This document shows, piece after piece, positions 29,438 through 39,581 of a stretch of 64,000 bases of DNA (positions are counted from its first letter, which is position 1; each line of letters opens with the position of its first letter). Position numbers and translations under genes: made by a program. Source of the stretch: an uncultured Acidobacteriota bacterium (GTDB lineage: Bacteria > Acidobacteriota > JAQAZP01); assembly GCA_963836075.1 (NCBI GenBank), contig CAWIIB010000009.1, forward strand, positions 704,001 to 768,000, read 5' to 3'. The notes under the pieces were generated by a model that ran no database searches, was not told the origin of the DNA, and was given only the letters and a program-made list of their open reading frames with translations.

Positions 29438-29511
29438 GGAACTATCCGGAGAGCAAATCGCTGTCAACGTGTGCCCGGCGGAAGGTCAGGATGTCGATCG
29501 CCTGTCCGGGA

Positions 29512-30228
29512 CTATTGATCGGGTCCTGCTGATTCCTCCTCTGTTTTCTCCGCCACCACCACCAGCTTTCGGCCAAAGAGGAGGGTTGTCGTGTTCTGCG
29601 AAGGGACCGGGCTCTTGCGCCGGGCCTCCACCAGCGTCACCAGCTTGAGCAAGGGCACCAGGAAAGCAAAAGCGATGGAGAGGCTCTGCCGCTTGTCGGT
29701 GGCCACCCGCTGCAGGCGGAAACCGCAGCGGGAGAGCATCCACTGGTACCGGTTGAGTGTAAAGGGGGAGATGTGCTGGGAAGACGGGTCCACCTTGAAC
29801 GGCTCCAGCGGGCCGAAAGAATAGTAATACCCGCCAAAGAAGAAGAGCATGCGGGACTTGAGGGAGAGGATGTTCGGCGTGGTGAAAAGGAGCAGCCCCC
29901 CTGGTTTGAGCACCCGGGCCGCCTCGGAGAAGAAGACTTGGTGGCCGTCGATGTGCTCCACCACCTCCACGGCCACGGCAATGTCGAACTGCGCGTCGTC
30001 GTACGGCAGCCGTCCCGCCTCGTCGATGCACCGGCACTGGACGCCCTCGATCTGGAACTGTTCGGGGTTCGGGTCGCAGGCCTCGACGGCGAGGCCCGCC
30101 TCCTTCAGCCGGGCCGACAGCGCACCCTGGCCGGCCCCTAGGTCGAGGGCGCGGAGGCCGGGCCGCTTGAAGTCGATACATTGGGAGAGCAGGGACACCA
30201 CCCGCCGGTGGGTCCCCCTGACCGCCAT
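29512..30228 (-). CDS. Class I SAM-dependent methyltransferase
   Basis: LDLGAGQG; EVVEH; RVLKPGG..TTPN. Confidence 0.85.
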   Translation of the reverse strand: MAVRGTHRRVVSLLSQCIDFKRPGLRALDLGAGQGALSARLKEAGLAVEACDPNPEQFQIEGVQCRCIDEAGRLPYDDAQFDIAVAVEVVEHIDGHQVFFSEAARVLKPGGLLLFTTPNILSLKSRMLFFFGGYYYSFGPLEPFKVDPSSQHISPFTLNRYQWMLSRCGFRLQRVATDKRQSLSIAFAFLVPLLKLVTLVEARRKSPVPSQNTTTLLFGRKLVVVAEKTEEESAGPDQ

Positions 30229-30295
30229 TGATCGCGCCACGAGAATCCCCCTTCTTGCAAAGCTTATACCGGCGCCGGGGGATAAGAGAAGGGGT

Positions 30296-31309
30296 TCACG
30301 CCTTGAGCACGATGCGATAGCGCGCCTTTCCCGACTCCAGGCGGGCCAGGGCGTCATTGACGTTCTTCAGGTCGAACTCCTCGGTGACCGTCTCGATGCC
30401 GTGCCGGGCACAGAACTCGAGCATCTTGCGGTTCAGGGCCGGCGAACCCAGCGGGCTGCCGGAGATCGACTTCTGCTGACCGATCAGGGTGAAGGCCGGC
30501 ACCGGGATCGGCTCGAGCACCGCACCCACGGTGTGCAGCACGCCCCGGGCGCCCAGAGCATCGAGATACGACCCCCAGTTGAGACTGACGTTAGTGGTGT
30601 TGAGGATGAAGTCGTAGGTGCCGGCCGCCTTGGCCATCGCCTCGTCATCCCGGGAGTTGACCACGTGATGGGCGCCCATCCCCCTCGCCTCGTCCGCCTT
30701 GTCGGGGGAGGAGGTGAAGGCGGTGACCTCACAGCCCCACTTGGCCAGGAACTGCAGCGCCAGGTGGCCCAGGCCGCCGATGCCGATGACTCCCACGCGG
30801 TCCGTGGGTTTGACCCCGGCCTGGACGATGGGGTTGAAGACGGTGATCCCGCCGCAGAAGAGCGGGCCGGCCTTGGCGGGGTCGATGGATTCTGGGATCA
30901 GGGTGGCCCAGGTCCACTGGCAGCGCACCATGTCGGCAAAGCCGCCGTGGCGGCCCACAACAGTCCCCTCGTTGGAGCCGCAGAGGTTGTGGTCGCCGTC
31001 GAGGCAGTGGTCGCAGTGCATGCAGCTGCCGGAGAACCAGCCGAGGCCCACCAGGTCGCCGACATTGATACCGCGGACAAACTCGCCGGCGGCCACCACC
31101 CGGCCCACCACCTCGTGCCCGGGCACCAGCGGGTACTGGCTCATCCCCCATTCGTTGTTCAGCATGCTCAGGTCGGAGTGGCAGATGCCGCAATACTCCA
31201 CCTGGATGTCCACCTGGTCGGGCCCCAGTTCGCCCAGCTCGAAGCTGAACGGCTCAAGCGCCCCCTTCGCGTCCATCGCCGCATAGGCGTTTACCGTGGT
31301 TGTGCTCAT
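30296..31309 (-). CDS. ahr: NADPH-dependent zinc aldehyde reductase (Ahr/YjgB-like)
   Basis: CGICHSD, PGHE, CMHCDHC..C, GIGGLG, ARYRIVL. Confidence 0.9.
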   Translation of the reverse strand: MSTTTVNAYAAMDAKGALEPFSFELGELGPDQVDIQVEYCGICHSDLSMLNNEWGMSQYPLVPGHEVVGRVVAAGEFVRGINVGDLVGLGWFSGSCMHCDHCLDGDHNLCGSNEGTVVGRHGGFADMVRCQWTWATLIPESIDPAKAGPLFCGGITVFNPIVQAGVKPTDRVGVIGIGGLGHLALQFLAKWGCEVTAFTSSPDKADEARGMGAHHVVNSRDDEAMAKAAGTYDFILNTTNVSLNWGSYLDALGARGVLHTVGAVLEPIPVPAFTLIGQQKSISGSPLGSPALNRKMLEFCARHGIETVTEEFDLKNVNDALARLESGKARYRIVLKA

Positions 31310-31389
31310 TTCACTGTTCCTCGTTGGGATCCGGGCAGGAGGATTCCCTCGCAGAGTAGCGGGAAATCTCTCGCCGCAACATTATAAAT

Positions 31390-32184
31390 CTATTGCTTGA
31401 AGATATCTTTCAGAAAACTGTCGAGGTCCTGCCACGATTTCTTGTCCGCCTCCTCGTTGTAGCCCAGCGGCAAACCGAACTCCTGGGCCATTTTGTCGGC
31501 GTCGGGATTGGTGTAGCTGTGCTTCGCACCCTCGTAGGTCATGAATCGCAGGTCGACACCGGCATCCTTCATCTCCTTCTTGAAGGCCTCGATCTGTTCG
31601 GGAGTGGTGAACTGGTCGTCGGCGCCGTTGCAGACCAGGATCTTCGCCTTGACCGTGCCCTTTTCCGCCGGCGCGAGAGCGCCGAGGCTGCCGTGGAAGC
31701 TGGCCACCCCGTCGAGGTCCTTGCCCATCCGTGCCATGTGCAGCACCACACCGCCGCCAAAGCAGTACCCGATGGCCGCCACCCGCTCAGGATCTGTGGT
31801 CGGGTGGTTTTTCAAAACCTCCATGGCCGCGTCGAAGCGGGCCGACGCGGCGTCCAGGTCGGACATCACCGCCATGGCGAACTTCTGCGCGTCGCCCGGG
31901 TGGCCGGCCTGCTTGCCGTCGCCGTACATGTCCACGGCCAGGGCGGTGTAGCCCATGCCGGCCAGTTGGCGGGCCCGCTGGCGGGCGTACTCGTTGTGCC
32001 CCCACCACTCGTGTACCACCAGGATGCCGGGCCGCTTGCCCGCGACGGCATCATCGAAGGCCAGGTAGCCCTTCATCTCCACACCGCCCGCACTGTAGGT
32101 CACCTCGCTTCCGGTGACCGCTGCTGCCGCCGAAAACGGCAGACAGCACAACAACAGCAGGCTGATAATGAACGTCTGTTTCAT
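31390..32184 (-). CDS. Secreted dienelactone hydrolase family protein
   Basis: HEWWG, GYCFGG, SFHG, AKHSY; signal peptide. Confidence 0.9.
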   Translation of the reverse strand: MKQTFIISLLLLCCLPFSAAAAVTGSEVTYSAGGVEMKGYLAFDDAVAGKRPGILVVHEWWGHNEYARQRARQLAGMGYTALAVDMYGDGKQAGHPGDAQKFAMAVMSDLDAASARFDAAMEVLKNHPTTDPERVAAIGYCFGGGVVLHMARMGKDLDGVASFHGSLGALAPAEKGTVKAKILVCNGADDQFTTPEQIEAFKKEMKDAGVDLRFMTYEGAKHSYTNPDADKMAQEFGLPLGYNEEADKKSWQDLDSFLKDIFKQ

Positions 32185-32294
32185 AGTTTGATCCTTTTTG
32201 ATCCAATTGGCGATCTTACTGGCCGCTGCATCCGCCAGCGACACCTGTCTCGCAAACCCGCGATCCCGGGGAAGACGATTGATTTGTTTTTCCT

Positions 32295-32346
32295 GATAGA
32301 TAAGAATAGTCTATCTTTCATACTGGAATCAAGAACTGATTCCAGT
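32295..32346. promoter_or_regulatory. Two palindromes upstream of the metal-uptake operon; putative metalloregulator operator
   Basis: GATAGA-N9-TCTATC and perfect ACTGGAATCA-N5-TGATTCCAGT. Confidence 0.55.
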
Positions 32347-32387
32347 TATGCTCATTCATTCGCACGGAGTCACCCTTTTCATCTCTG

Positions 32388-33687
32388 ATGAGGAAGAAAA
32401 TGATACGGTCTGTGTTTACCGTCCTCATGGTGTGCATCCTTGCCACCGCCGGCGCCTACGGCCAGGAAACGGAGCCGACCCTGGAGGAGATTCAGCAGCA
32501 GATCAGGGAACTGCAGGAACAGATGCGGGAGATGATGGAGCTGTACCAGGGGCGGATCGAAGTGCTCGAGGACCAGATCCGGCAGCTTGAAGAGCGCCAG
32601 CAGGAGGCGGAGGAGGACGAGGGGGAAGACGATGTATACCCGGACGTCCCCGAGGGCGCGGTCCCGCCGGCCCCGTCGGCTCCGCGCTCGGTGTCCCTGA
32701 TGAACCCCGCCATCTCCGTGATACCCGACTTCACCTATTCGGCGGGGAACGACCCGTACCTGGGAGGAGGGGGATCCCTTCCAGCTCCGCGAGGTGGAGG
32801 TGGCCTTCAGCGCGTCCATCGACCCCATCGCCAGCGCCAGCGTCTACCTCGCCCTGGAGGACGGCGAACTGGACGCCGAAGAGGCCTTCGCCGTCTTCCC
32901 CGGCGTGCCCGGGGGCTTCTCGGTGAAGCTGGGCAAGTTCAAGATGGATTTCGGCAAGCAGAACAGTCTGCACACCCACTCCTGGTTCCAGGCCGATCAG
33001 CCGCTGGCCCTGCGGACCATGCTCGGTGAGGAAGGCCTGGCCGACGTGGGGTTGAGCGTAAACCGCCTGATCCCCACCCCCTGGTTCAGCGACGTCACTC
33101 TCGAGGTGGCCGGCGCCACCAACGAGGAACTCTTTGCCGGCGAACGGTCGGACCTCTCGTATCTCGGGGCCTGGCGCAGCTACTGGGACCTTTCGGACAA
33201 TGCCAATCTCGAGGCCCAGCTCTCGCTGATCACTGGCGGCAACGCCATGGGGAACAGCACCAGCCTGGGCAACGTGGCGGTGACCTACCGCTACAAGCCG
33301 CTCTCTTCGGGCACCCGTGCTTCGTTCCTCTGGCGCACGGAAATAATTCTCGAGCGCTACGAGGGGGCCGACGCTCCGGAGGGCCTGATCGACAGCCGGT
33401 TCGAGGGGGTGATCGGTCTCCAGCGCTCCACCGGGGCGTTCTCCTATGTGGACTGGCAGTTCACCCGCGGCTGGTTTGTCGGGGCCCGGGCCGACTACGC
33501 CGAGCACCCTTGGGAGCCGGCAAAATACGATGCCGGCGGCGCACTCACACTGACCTGGTTCCCCTCCGAGTTCCAGAAGCTGAGGCTGCAGGCCGAGCGG
33601 ATCGACTATGATGATGTGGGTCCACGCAACGCGCTGATCTTCAACTACATCTTTGCCATCGGGGCGCATGGGGCGCACCCGTTCTAG
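32388..33687 (+). CDS. Outer-membrane beta-barrel associated with metal uptake; +1 frameshift near 32760
   Basis: Signal peptide, coiled coil, MNPAISVI, FQLREVEVAF, NSLHTHSW, C-terminal GAHGAHPF. Confidence 0.75.
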
Positions 33688-33712
33688 CCGAGGCGGAAAC
33701 GAGGAGCCGACC

Positions 33713-34624
33713 ATGAAACGACTGCTGTTGACCATTCTCATCGCCTGCTGGTTCTGCCTGCCCGCCGCGGCCGCGGACCAGTTGAAGGTGGTGGCGGTCT
33801 ACCCCGATTTCGGCTGGCTGGCCGAGCAGGTGGGGGGCGATCACGTCTCGGTCTCGGTGCTGGCCAAGGGGAGCCAGGACCCGCACTACGTGGACCCCAA
33901 GCCGTCTTTCCTCAGATTCCTCCACCGGGCCGACATCCTGCTGCTCAACGGGCTGGAGCTGGAAGCGGGCTTTCTCCCGCCCCTGCTGCGCCAGTCGGGC
34001 AACCGCAGGATCCAGCCCGGCACGTCGGGGTATGTGGACTGCTCGACCTTCATCGAGCCCATCGGGGTGCCCACCGGCGGCGTGGACCGCTCCATGGGCG
34101 ACGTCCACGCCCACGGCAACCCGCACTACCACCTCGACCCGGTGAACATGGCCGCCGTGGCCCGCGGCCTCGGCGATGTCCTTGCGTCGTCCGACCCGGA
34201 GCACACCGAGGCCTACCGGCACAACGCCGAGGAGACGGCCCACACCCTGGCCGCCCTGGACGCCGAGCTGCACCACGTGTTGGGTGTCGCCCGCACCAAA
34301 CCGGTGGTGACCTACCACGCCACGCTGGACTACTTCTTCCTCCACTTCGGTTTCACGGTGCTCGGCTATGTGGAACCCAAACCGGGGGTCAAGCCGTCAC
34401 CAGGCCATCTGCTGAGCCTGGAGAAGTCGATGAGGAACAAGGGCGTGCGGATCCTGATCTGCGAGGTCTACCAGGACCGCAAGATCGCGGCCAAGGTAGC
34501 GGGGGACACCGGGGCAAAGCTGGTGGTGATCCCCTCGTACACCGGCGGAACGCCCGAGGCATCCACCTACCCTGAGCTGATGCGCATCATCGCCCGCTCC
34601 ATCGCGGAGGGCACTGTTGAGTGA
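33713..34624 (+). CDS. znuA: Zn/Mn ABC transporter substrate-binding protein
   Basis: QDPHY, NGLELE, HAHGNPHY, TYH. Confidence 0.85.
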   Translation: MKRLLLTILIACWFCLPAAAADQLKVVAVYPDFGWLAEQVGGDHVSVSVLAKGSQDPHYVDPKPSFLRFLHRADILLLNGLELEAGFLPPLLRQSGNRRIQPGTSGYVDCSTFIEPIGVPTGGVDRSMGDVHAHGNPHYHLDPVNMAAVARGLGDVLASSDPEHTEAYRHNAEETAHTLAALDAELHHVLGVARTKPVVTYHATLDYFFLHFGFTVLGYVEPKPGVKPSPGHLLSLEKSMRNKGVRILICEVYQDRKIAAKVAGDTGAKLVVIPSYTGGTPEASTYPELMRIIARSIAEGTVE

Positions 34625-35363
34625 TCAACTGTTCCGGCTGGAGGGCGTGGCCATCGGCTACCGCCGGCCGTTGATCGGGTCGCTTTCCCTGGGCATCGCC
34701 CGGGGTGAGTTCTGGGGGATTTTCGGGCCCAACGGTGCGGGCAAAACCACATTCATCAAAGTCCTGCTCGGCGCGCTGAAACCGCTGGCCGGCACGGTCC
34801 GCCGGGCGCCGGGCCTGCGGCTGGGCTACGTGCCGCAGCTCAACTCGGTGCGTGACTCACTGCCCCTGACCGTGCGCCAGGTTATCGAGCTGGGGGCACT
34901 GGACCTCAAGGACTCACCGGCTCCCACGGAAACCCTGGAGCGGGTCAACCTGGCCCACATGGAAAAAGAGCGCTTCTCCGACCTCTCCGGCGGCCAGCGC
35001 CAGCGGGTGATGATCGCCCGGGCCCTGCACCGCCGCCCCGACGTGCTGATCCTCGACGAACCGACCAACGGCGTGGACATCCCCACCCGCCACACGGTGA
35101 CCGGCCTGATGGCGAGGCTGCACGAAGAGGGGGTGACGCTGCTGCTGATCACCCACCTGCTGGCCGAGATCGGGCCCGAGGTGAGCCACTTTTTCTGGCT
35201 CGACGGGCACCGGGACCTCTGCCTCGCCGGGCCGCGGGATGAAATCCTCAAAAGCCCGAAGCTTGAAGAAGCGTATGGCGCGGGCCTGCGTATTGTCAGC
35301 ATCGACGGCAAGCCGTCTTTGACCTGGGCCGGCAACGGACAGGGCAACGGGGAGGTGCAGTGA
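34617..35363 (+). CDS. znuC: Zn/Mn ABC transporter ATPase
   Basis: GPNGAGKT, GYVPQ, LSGGQRQR, LDEPT. Confidence 0.88.
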   Translation: MSDQLFRLEGVAIGYRRPLIGSLSLGIARGEFWGIFGPNGAGKTTFIKVLLGALKPLAGTVRRAPGLRLGYVPQLNSVRDSLPLTVRQVIELGALDLKDSPAPTETLERVNLAHMEKERFSDLSGGQRQRVMIARALHRRPDVLILDEPTNGVDIPTRHTVTGLMARLHEEGVTLLLITHLLAEIGPEVSHFFWLDGHRDLCLAGPRDEILKSPKLEEAYGAGLRIVSIDGKPSLTWAGNGQGNGEVQ

Positions 35364-36178
35364 TGGGCGGCGAATTCCTCGAGACCCTGACCTTCGTCAA
35401 ATGGCCGCTGCTGGTGGCCGTTCTCTCCTCGCTCCCCCTGAGCTATTACGGGGTCTACCTGGTGGAGCGGCGGATGGTCTTCGTCAGCGTCACCCTGGCC
35501 CAGGCCGCCGTCTGCGGCGCCGCGGCCGCCTTCTTCTTCACCTTCGAACCGCGTATCGGCGCGCTGGCCTTCGTGGCGGTGGTGATCGCCCTGCTGGCCG
35601 GGTGGCACCGCGCCGGCCGCGGTTCGCTGCCCGAGGACACGGTGCTGGGTATCTTCTACGTGATCCTCGGCGGGCTGGCCGTGGTCTTCCTCAGCAAGAC
35701 CGTCCAGGGCGGGCTGGACGAGACCACACTGCTCTTCGGTTCGCTGCTCGGGGTGACACCCGCGGACGCGGGATTGCTGGGCGGGGTGGTGGCCCTGCTG
35801 GCGGCGATTCACATCTGGGGCTACCGGCGATTCCTGGCCGTCACCTTCGACCCCGAGACCTCGGCGGTGCTGGGGATGCCGGTGAGCGGTATCGAACTGA
35901 TCTTCTTCGCCGGCCTGGGGCTGGTGCTCTCGGTGGCCATCGCCCAGATCGGCGTGCTGCTTTCCTTCGCCTACCTCGTGCTGCCTGCCGCCGCGGCACG
36001 CAGTTTCGGCAGCCGCACCCGGTCGGTCTTCCTGCTGGCCGTGGTCATCGCCATTGCCGGCAGCGTGGCCGGCACCCTGGCCTCGATCCGCTGGGACCTG
36101 CCCACCGGCGCCGCCATCTGTCTGGCCCTGGCCCTGCCCCTGCCCGTGGCTGAGATCTGGCGGCACCGCAGGACGTGA
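35360..36178 (+). CDS. znuB: Zn/Mn ABC transporter permease
   Basis: ABC-3 pattern RRMVF, LLFGSLL, TFDPE, IGVLL..LVLPAAAA, DLPTGA. Confidence 0.88.
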   Translation: MMGGEFLETLTFVKWPLLVAVLSSLPLSYYGVYLVERRMVFVSVTLAQAAVCGAAAAFFFTFEPRIGALAFVAVVIALLAGWHRAGRGSLPEDTVLGIFYVILGGLAVVFLSKTVQGGLDETTLLFGSLLGVTPADAGLLGGVVALLAAIHIWGYRRFLAVTFDPETSAVLGMPVSGIELIFFAGLGLVLSVAIAQIGVLLSFAYLVLPAAAARSFGSRTRSVFLLAVVIAIAGSVAGTLASIRWDLPTGAAICLALALPLPVAEIWRHRRT

Positions 36179-36188
36179 AGTGAGCGGC

Positions 36189-36575
36189 TTATCCCTCCTT
36201 TTTCACCGCCCCCCAGGCCCAGATGAAGAGCACCATGAAGACCAGGTCGCAGATGGCGAAGGGCTTCCACATCCAGGGGATGCCGGCAGTGAACCAGTGG
36301 TAAAAGGCAACTGAGCAGTAGGCGATCTTGAGCAGGATGCCGTAAGGGATCAGGTTGCGGTGCTTCACCGGGTCCCGGGCGATGGCCAGAAACATCAGAC
36401 CGAAGATGATGAGCAGGGCGGCGGGGAAATGAACATAGCCGTAATGGTTCGGCGGGGTGACCTCGAACCAGTGGAAGACCATCGGCGCGGCAAAGAGAAA
36501 AAATATCCCCAGCAGCCCGTCGTAGAGGGCGGACAGACCAAAAACAACTGAGACCATGGCTTTCCTGTTCATCAT
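36189..36575 (-). CDS. Hypothetical four-TM membrane protein
   Basis: Four hydrophobic segments; IARDPVKHRNLIPYGILLK. Confidence 0.7.
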   Translation of the reverse strand: MMNRKAMVSVVFGLSALYDGLLGIFFLFAAPMVFHWFEVTPPNHYGYVHFPAALLIIFGLMFLAIARDPVKHRNLIPYGILLKIAYCSVAFYHWFTAGIPWMWKPFAICDLVFMVLFIWAWGAVKKEG

Positions 36576-36668
36576 GATTCTCCCTGCCTGAACGGCCGGA
36601 GGAAACACGCCGCCCCGGCCTCCCGGACCGGAGGAAACCAGCCGCTTCATTCCGTTGAGCAGACCGGA

Positions 36669-36818
36669 CTACGACCTGGTGGACTTGCGGCGGTCCTTAC
36701 CCGTCCTGCGGTCGTTGCCGTTGCGTCTCTCGGGCCCCTTGTAGTTCGCGTCCTCTTTCACCCGGCGGTCCTTGCCCGTCCGACGATCCTTGCCCGACCG
36801 TGTGCTCTTTGTCCCCAT
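36669..36818 (-). CDS. 49-aa Arg-rich micro-protein with GxDRR repeats and a YxGPERR motif
   Basis: Hand-translated MGTKSTRSGKDRRTGKDRRVKEDANYKGPERRNGNDRRTGKDRRKSTRS*; GAAGGGG RBS; absent from the ORF track (shortest ORFs there are 60 aa). Confidence 0.7.
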   Translation of the reverse strand: MGTKSTRSGKDRRTGKDRRVKEDANYKGPERRNGNDRRTGKDRRKSTRS

Positions 36819-37072
36819 CGCATCCCCTTCCACTGATGTTGGTCGGTCCTCTCGCGCAGCAAAGGCGAGCTGCGCGCCCGGTACCGCAAGCTGTAATACC
36901 GATGTGCCTGGTCACGGCTCCGTCCGTCGTCGGTCCGAGGGGAGAGACAACGGTCCCTCGGGCCGCTCGCAGTCCACCGGCTCTTCAGTTCAGTGAATAT
37001 GCTTCTTGATGAACGTTTCCGAGATCCTGCTTTTCAGTATCATAGATGGAAATGCCCCGTTGGGCAAGAGGT

Positions 37073-38397
37073 TTATGCCCGGCTCTGTCTCCTGCTCCGG
37101 CGCAGGTTCTCGCGGAAGGTGCGTCGCCGCCACGCCGTGAATTCCTCGCTGTACAGCTCGACGCCCAGGGCGAGGAAGCGGTCGTGCAGCTGGTCCACGG
37201 TCATCTGTGCCGGCCTGAAGTTGATGTCGAAGAGCGAGCACTTCTTCCAGTTCCGTGGTTCGAGGAGCCGTCCCTCTTTTTCCAGCCGGTCGTACAGCGG
37301 CGTGCCGGGGAAGGGGGTGAGGATGGTGATCTGCACCTCGTAGAGACCGGTCTCCTTGACAAAGGCCAGCACCTGGTCGAAGACATCCGGGGTGTGCCCG
37401 TCGAGGCCGATGACGAAACAGCCGTTGACCGTGATGCCGTGGGACTGGATGGTGCGGATCGCCTCCCTGTAGCGCGGGAAGCGCTTCAGCTTCCAGTCGT
37501 TGCGCAGCTCCAGCCGGTGCAACCCGCTCTCCACCGGGCTCTCCAGGCCGATCAGCACCTGGGCGCAGCCGGTCTCCCGCATCAGGCCCAGCAGCTCCTC
37601 GTCCTCGGCCACCGAGAGGTCGGTCTCGGTGAACCAGCGGAACCTGCGCCCCTTGAGCGCGCCGAGCAGCTCCTTCCAGTAGCCGTGGTTGACGAAGCTG
37701 TTGTCGTCGGCAAACTCGATGAAGGGGTGGTCCCAGATCTCGAGGATGCGGTCGATCTCGGCCACCACCTTGGCCACCGGCTTCTGCTTGTAGCGGTCGG
37801 TGAGGATCACCGAGCTGGCGCAGAACTCGCACTTGTGGGGGCAGCCCCGGCTGGTCTGCACGGTGAGGCGGTTGTACCGGGAGATGTCGAGCAGGTCGAA
37901 GCGGGGCATGGGGGCATCGTCCAGGTTGAAGCCGCTCTGCCGCGACCCGTAGCGCGGCTTGAGACCCGGGCCCTCGGCATCGGCAAGCAGTTGAGGCCAG
38001 CAATCGCTCCCCCTCGCCGACGACCACCGCGTCGCAGTGCTCCAGCCGCCTCGTCGGGCACGGCGGTGACATGGGGCCCGCCGATCACCACCGGGATGCC
38101 CAGGCGCCGGTAGCGCCCGGCCAGCTCGTAGGCCTCGTCGATCTGCGCCGAGTAGCTGGAGATGCCCACCAGGTCGAAACCGACCGGTGCACCATCCCCC
38201 ACGGGCAGGTCGGGCATCTCGATGTAGGCGACCTCGTGCTGCTCGGGCGTCATCCCGGCCAGGGTGAGCAGGCCGAGGCTGGGCAGGGCGGCGATGGTCT
38301 TGCTCCGTTCCACGAACCCCGGCAGGGTGAGGCCGAGCTCGAGCAGCTCGGTGTCACAGACCCGGATGCCGCTCATGGCGATGAGGCCGATTCTCAT
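37073..38397 (-). CDS. B12-binding radical SAM protein; two +1 frameshifts near 38047 and 38003
   Basis: PSLGLLTLA, VIGGPHVT, VVVGEGE, QTSRGCPHKCEFC, FADDN, IGLES, TPFPGT. Confidence 0.88.
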
Positions 38398-38768
38398 CGG
38401 CTGATCTCCCGGAGGAAGAGAGCAAGAGCAATGGTCACGGAACCGGCGGGGATGAAGAAGATGTGCCTGAAGAAGGGCTTCCAAGCGCTGAGGTAGCAGA
38501 CCAGCGGCATGGTGACCGCACCCACCAGCAGCAGGATCGAGGGCAGGGCCAGTCCGGAATCAAGTTCCAGCAGACGGCAGGTGATCCAGAAAGCGAGGTT
38601 CAGGGCGCCGATGCCAAAGAAGGAGATGTGGCCCAGGCGGATCAACCGCCGCCGCCAGCAGCCGTATCCCCCCAGCCACTGCTCGCCGTGGAAGAAGAGA
38701 CCGGGCGCGGCGCCGGCCAGGGCGCCGAGCAGGAAACAGGTCCAGGCTGTGTAGAGGTTCAGGGGCAT
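38394..38768 (-). CDS. Hypothetical membrane protein
   Basis: Four TM helices; WLGGY..RRLIRLGHI; stop overlaps the radical SAM start. Confidence 0.75.
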   Translation of the reverse strand: MPLNLYTAWTCFLLGALAGAAPGLFFHGEQWLGGYGCWRRRLIRLGHISFFGIGALNLAFWITCRLLELDSGLALPSILLLVGAVTMPLVCYLSAWKPFFRHIFFIPAGSVTIALALFLREISR

Positions 38769-38777
38769 GGCGCTCCT

Positions 38778-39569
38778 CTACAAAGGATTCGAATTGCCTG
38801 CCGCCGGGAGCCGCGCTTCCATGGTGCAGGTCTGGATCGGCTCGGCCTCGCTTCCACAGTATATCTTGACTGTGAAGGTGCCGGCCGTGGAGAAGCGGAG
38901 CGGCACCACCACCTGGAAATCGTCGGGGACAACGGTCTGCTGCGAAGTGAGCTCGGTGCCCCGGCCGTCGGACACCACACAACGGACCACTTCACCGACA
39001 TTGTGCTCGAGGAAATCGATCTGGACGGACAGCGGAACCACTTCACCGGCTCGCACCTCGAACGGCTCTTCCCGAACCGTGGCGGATCGTCCGACTTCCT
39101 GGTTCAGGAATATTCCATCGCCCATCTGAAGAATGGCCGCCGGCATCTCCTGCTCGCCGGGATGCATCCCGCCCCGGAAAACGAAGAGGCAAAGCAGGAG
39201 GGCCGTGACCCCCAGCGGCACGAAGAGCGGTGTCTTCACCGACCAGAGCCACGCGATTCGGTCGAGGATCCCCGGCCGGCGCCGCGTATGGTTCTCCAGC
39301 CCGAGTTTGGCGGCCACTCGCCCCCTCTCCCGGTCCCGGCGTTCAGCGAATGACGGATCGCTGATCGTGGAGGTCTCGGATTCCCGCAGAACCGCCATCA
39401 GATCCACGCACCGGGCGCAACTGTTGATATGGAACTCCACCTCCAGGGCCTGGTCTTCATCCAGGTTCCGGTCGAGGTAGCCGGAAATCTGCTCGGCCGG
39501 GGGACATGAACCAAGATCATCCAGCACCTGGTCGATGTCACGAAGAAGTTCATCACTCGACTTGTTCAT
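38778..39569 (-). CDS. Zinc-finger (zf-HC2) membrane anti-sigma factor
   Basis: HINSCARC; single TM helix; beta-rich C-terminal domain. Confidence 0.85.
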   Translation of the reverse strand: MNKSSDELLRDIDQVLDDLGSCPPAEQISGYLDRNLDEDQALEVEFHINSCARCVDLMAVLRESETSTISDPSFAERRDRERGRVAAKLGLENHTRRRPGILDRIAWLWSVKTPLFVPLGVTALLLCLFVFRGGMHPGEQEMPAAILQMGDGIFLNQEVGRSATVREEPFEVRAGEVVPLSVQIDFLEHNVGEVVRCVVSDGRGTELTSQQTVVPDDFQVVVPLRFSTAGTFTVKIYCGSEAEPIQTCTMEARLPAAGNSNPL

Positions 39570-39581
39570 TTTCAGTCCCTC

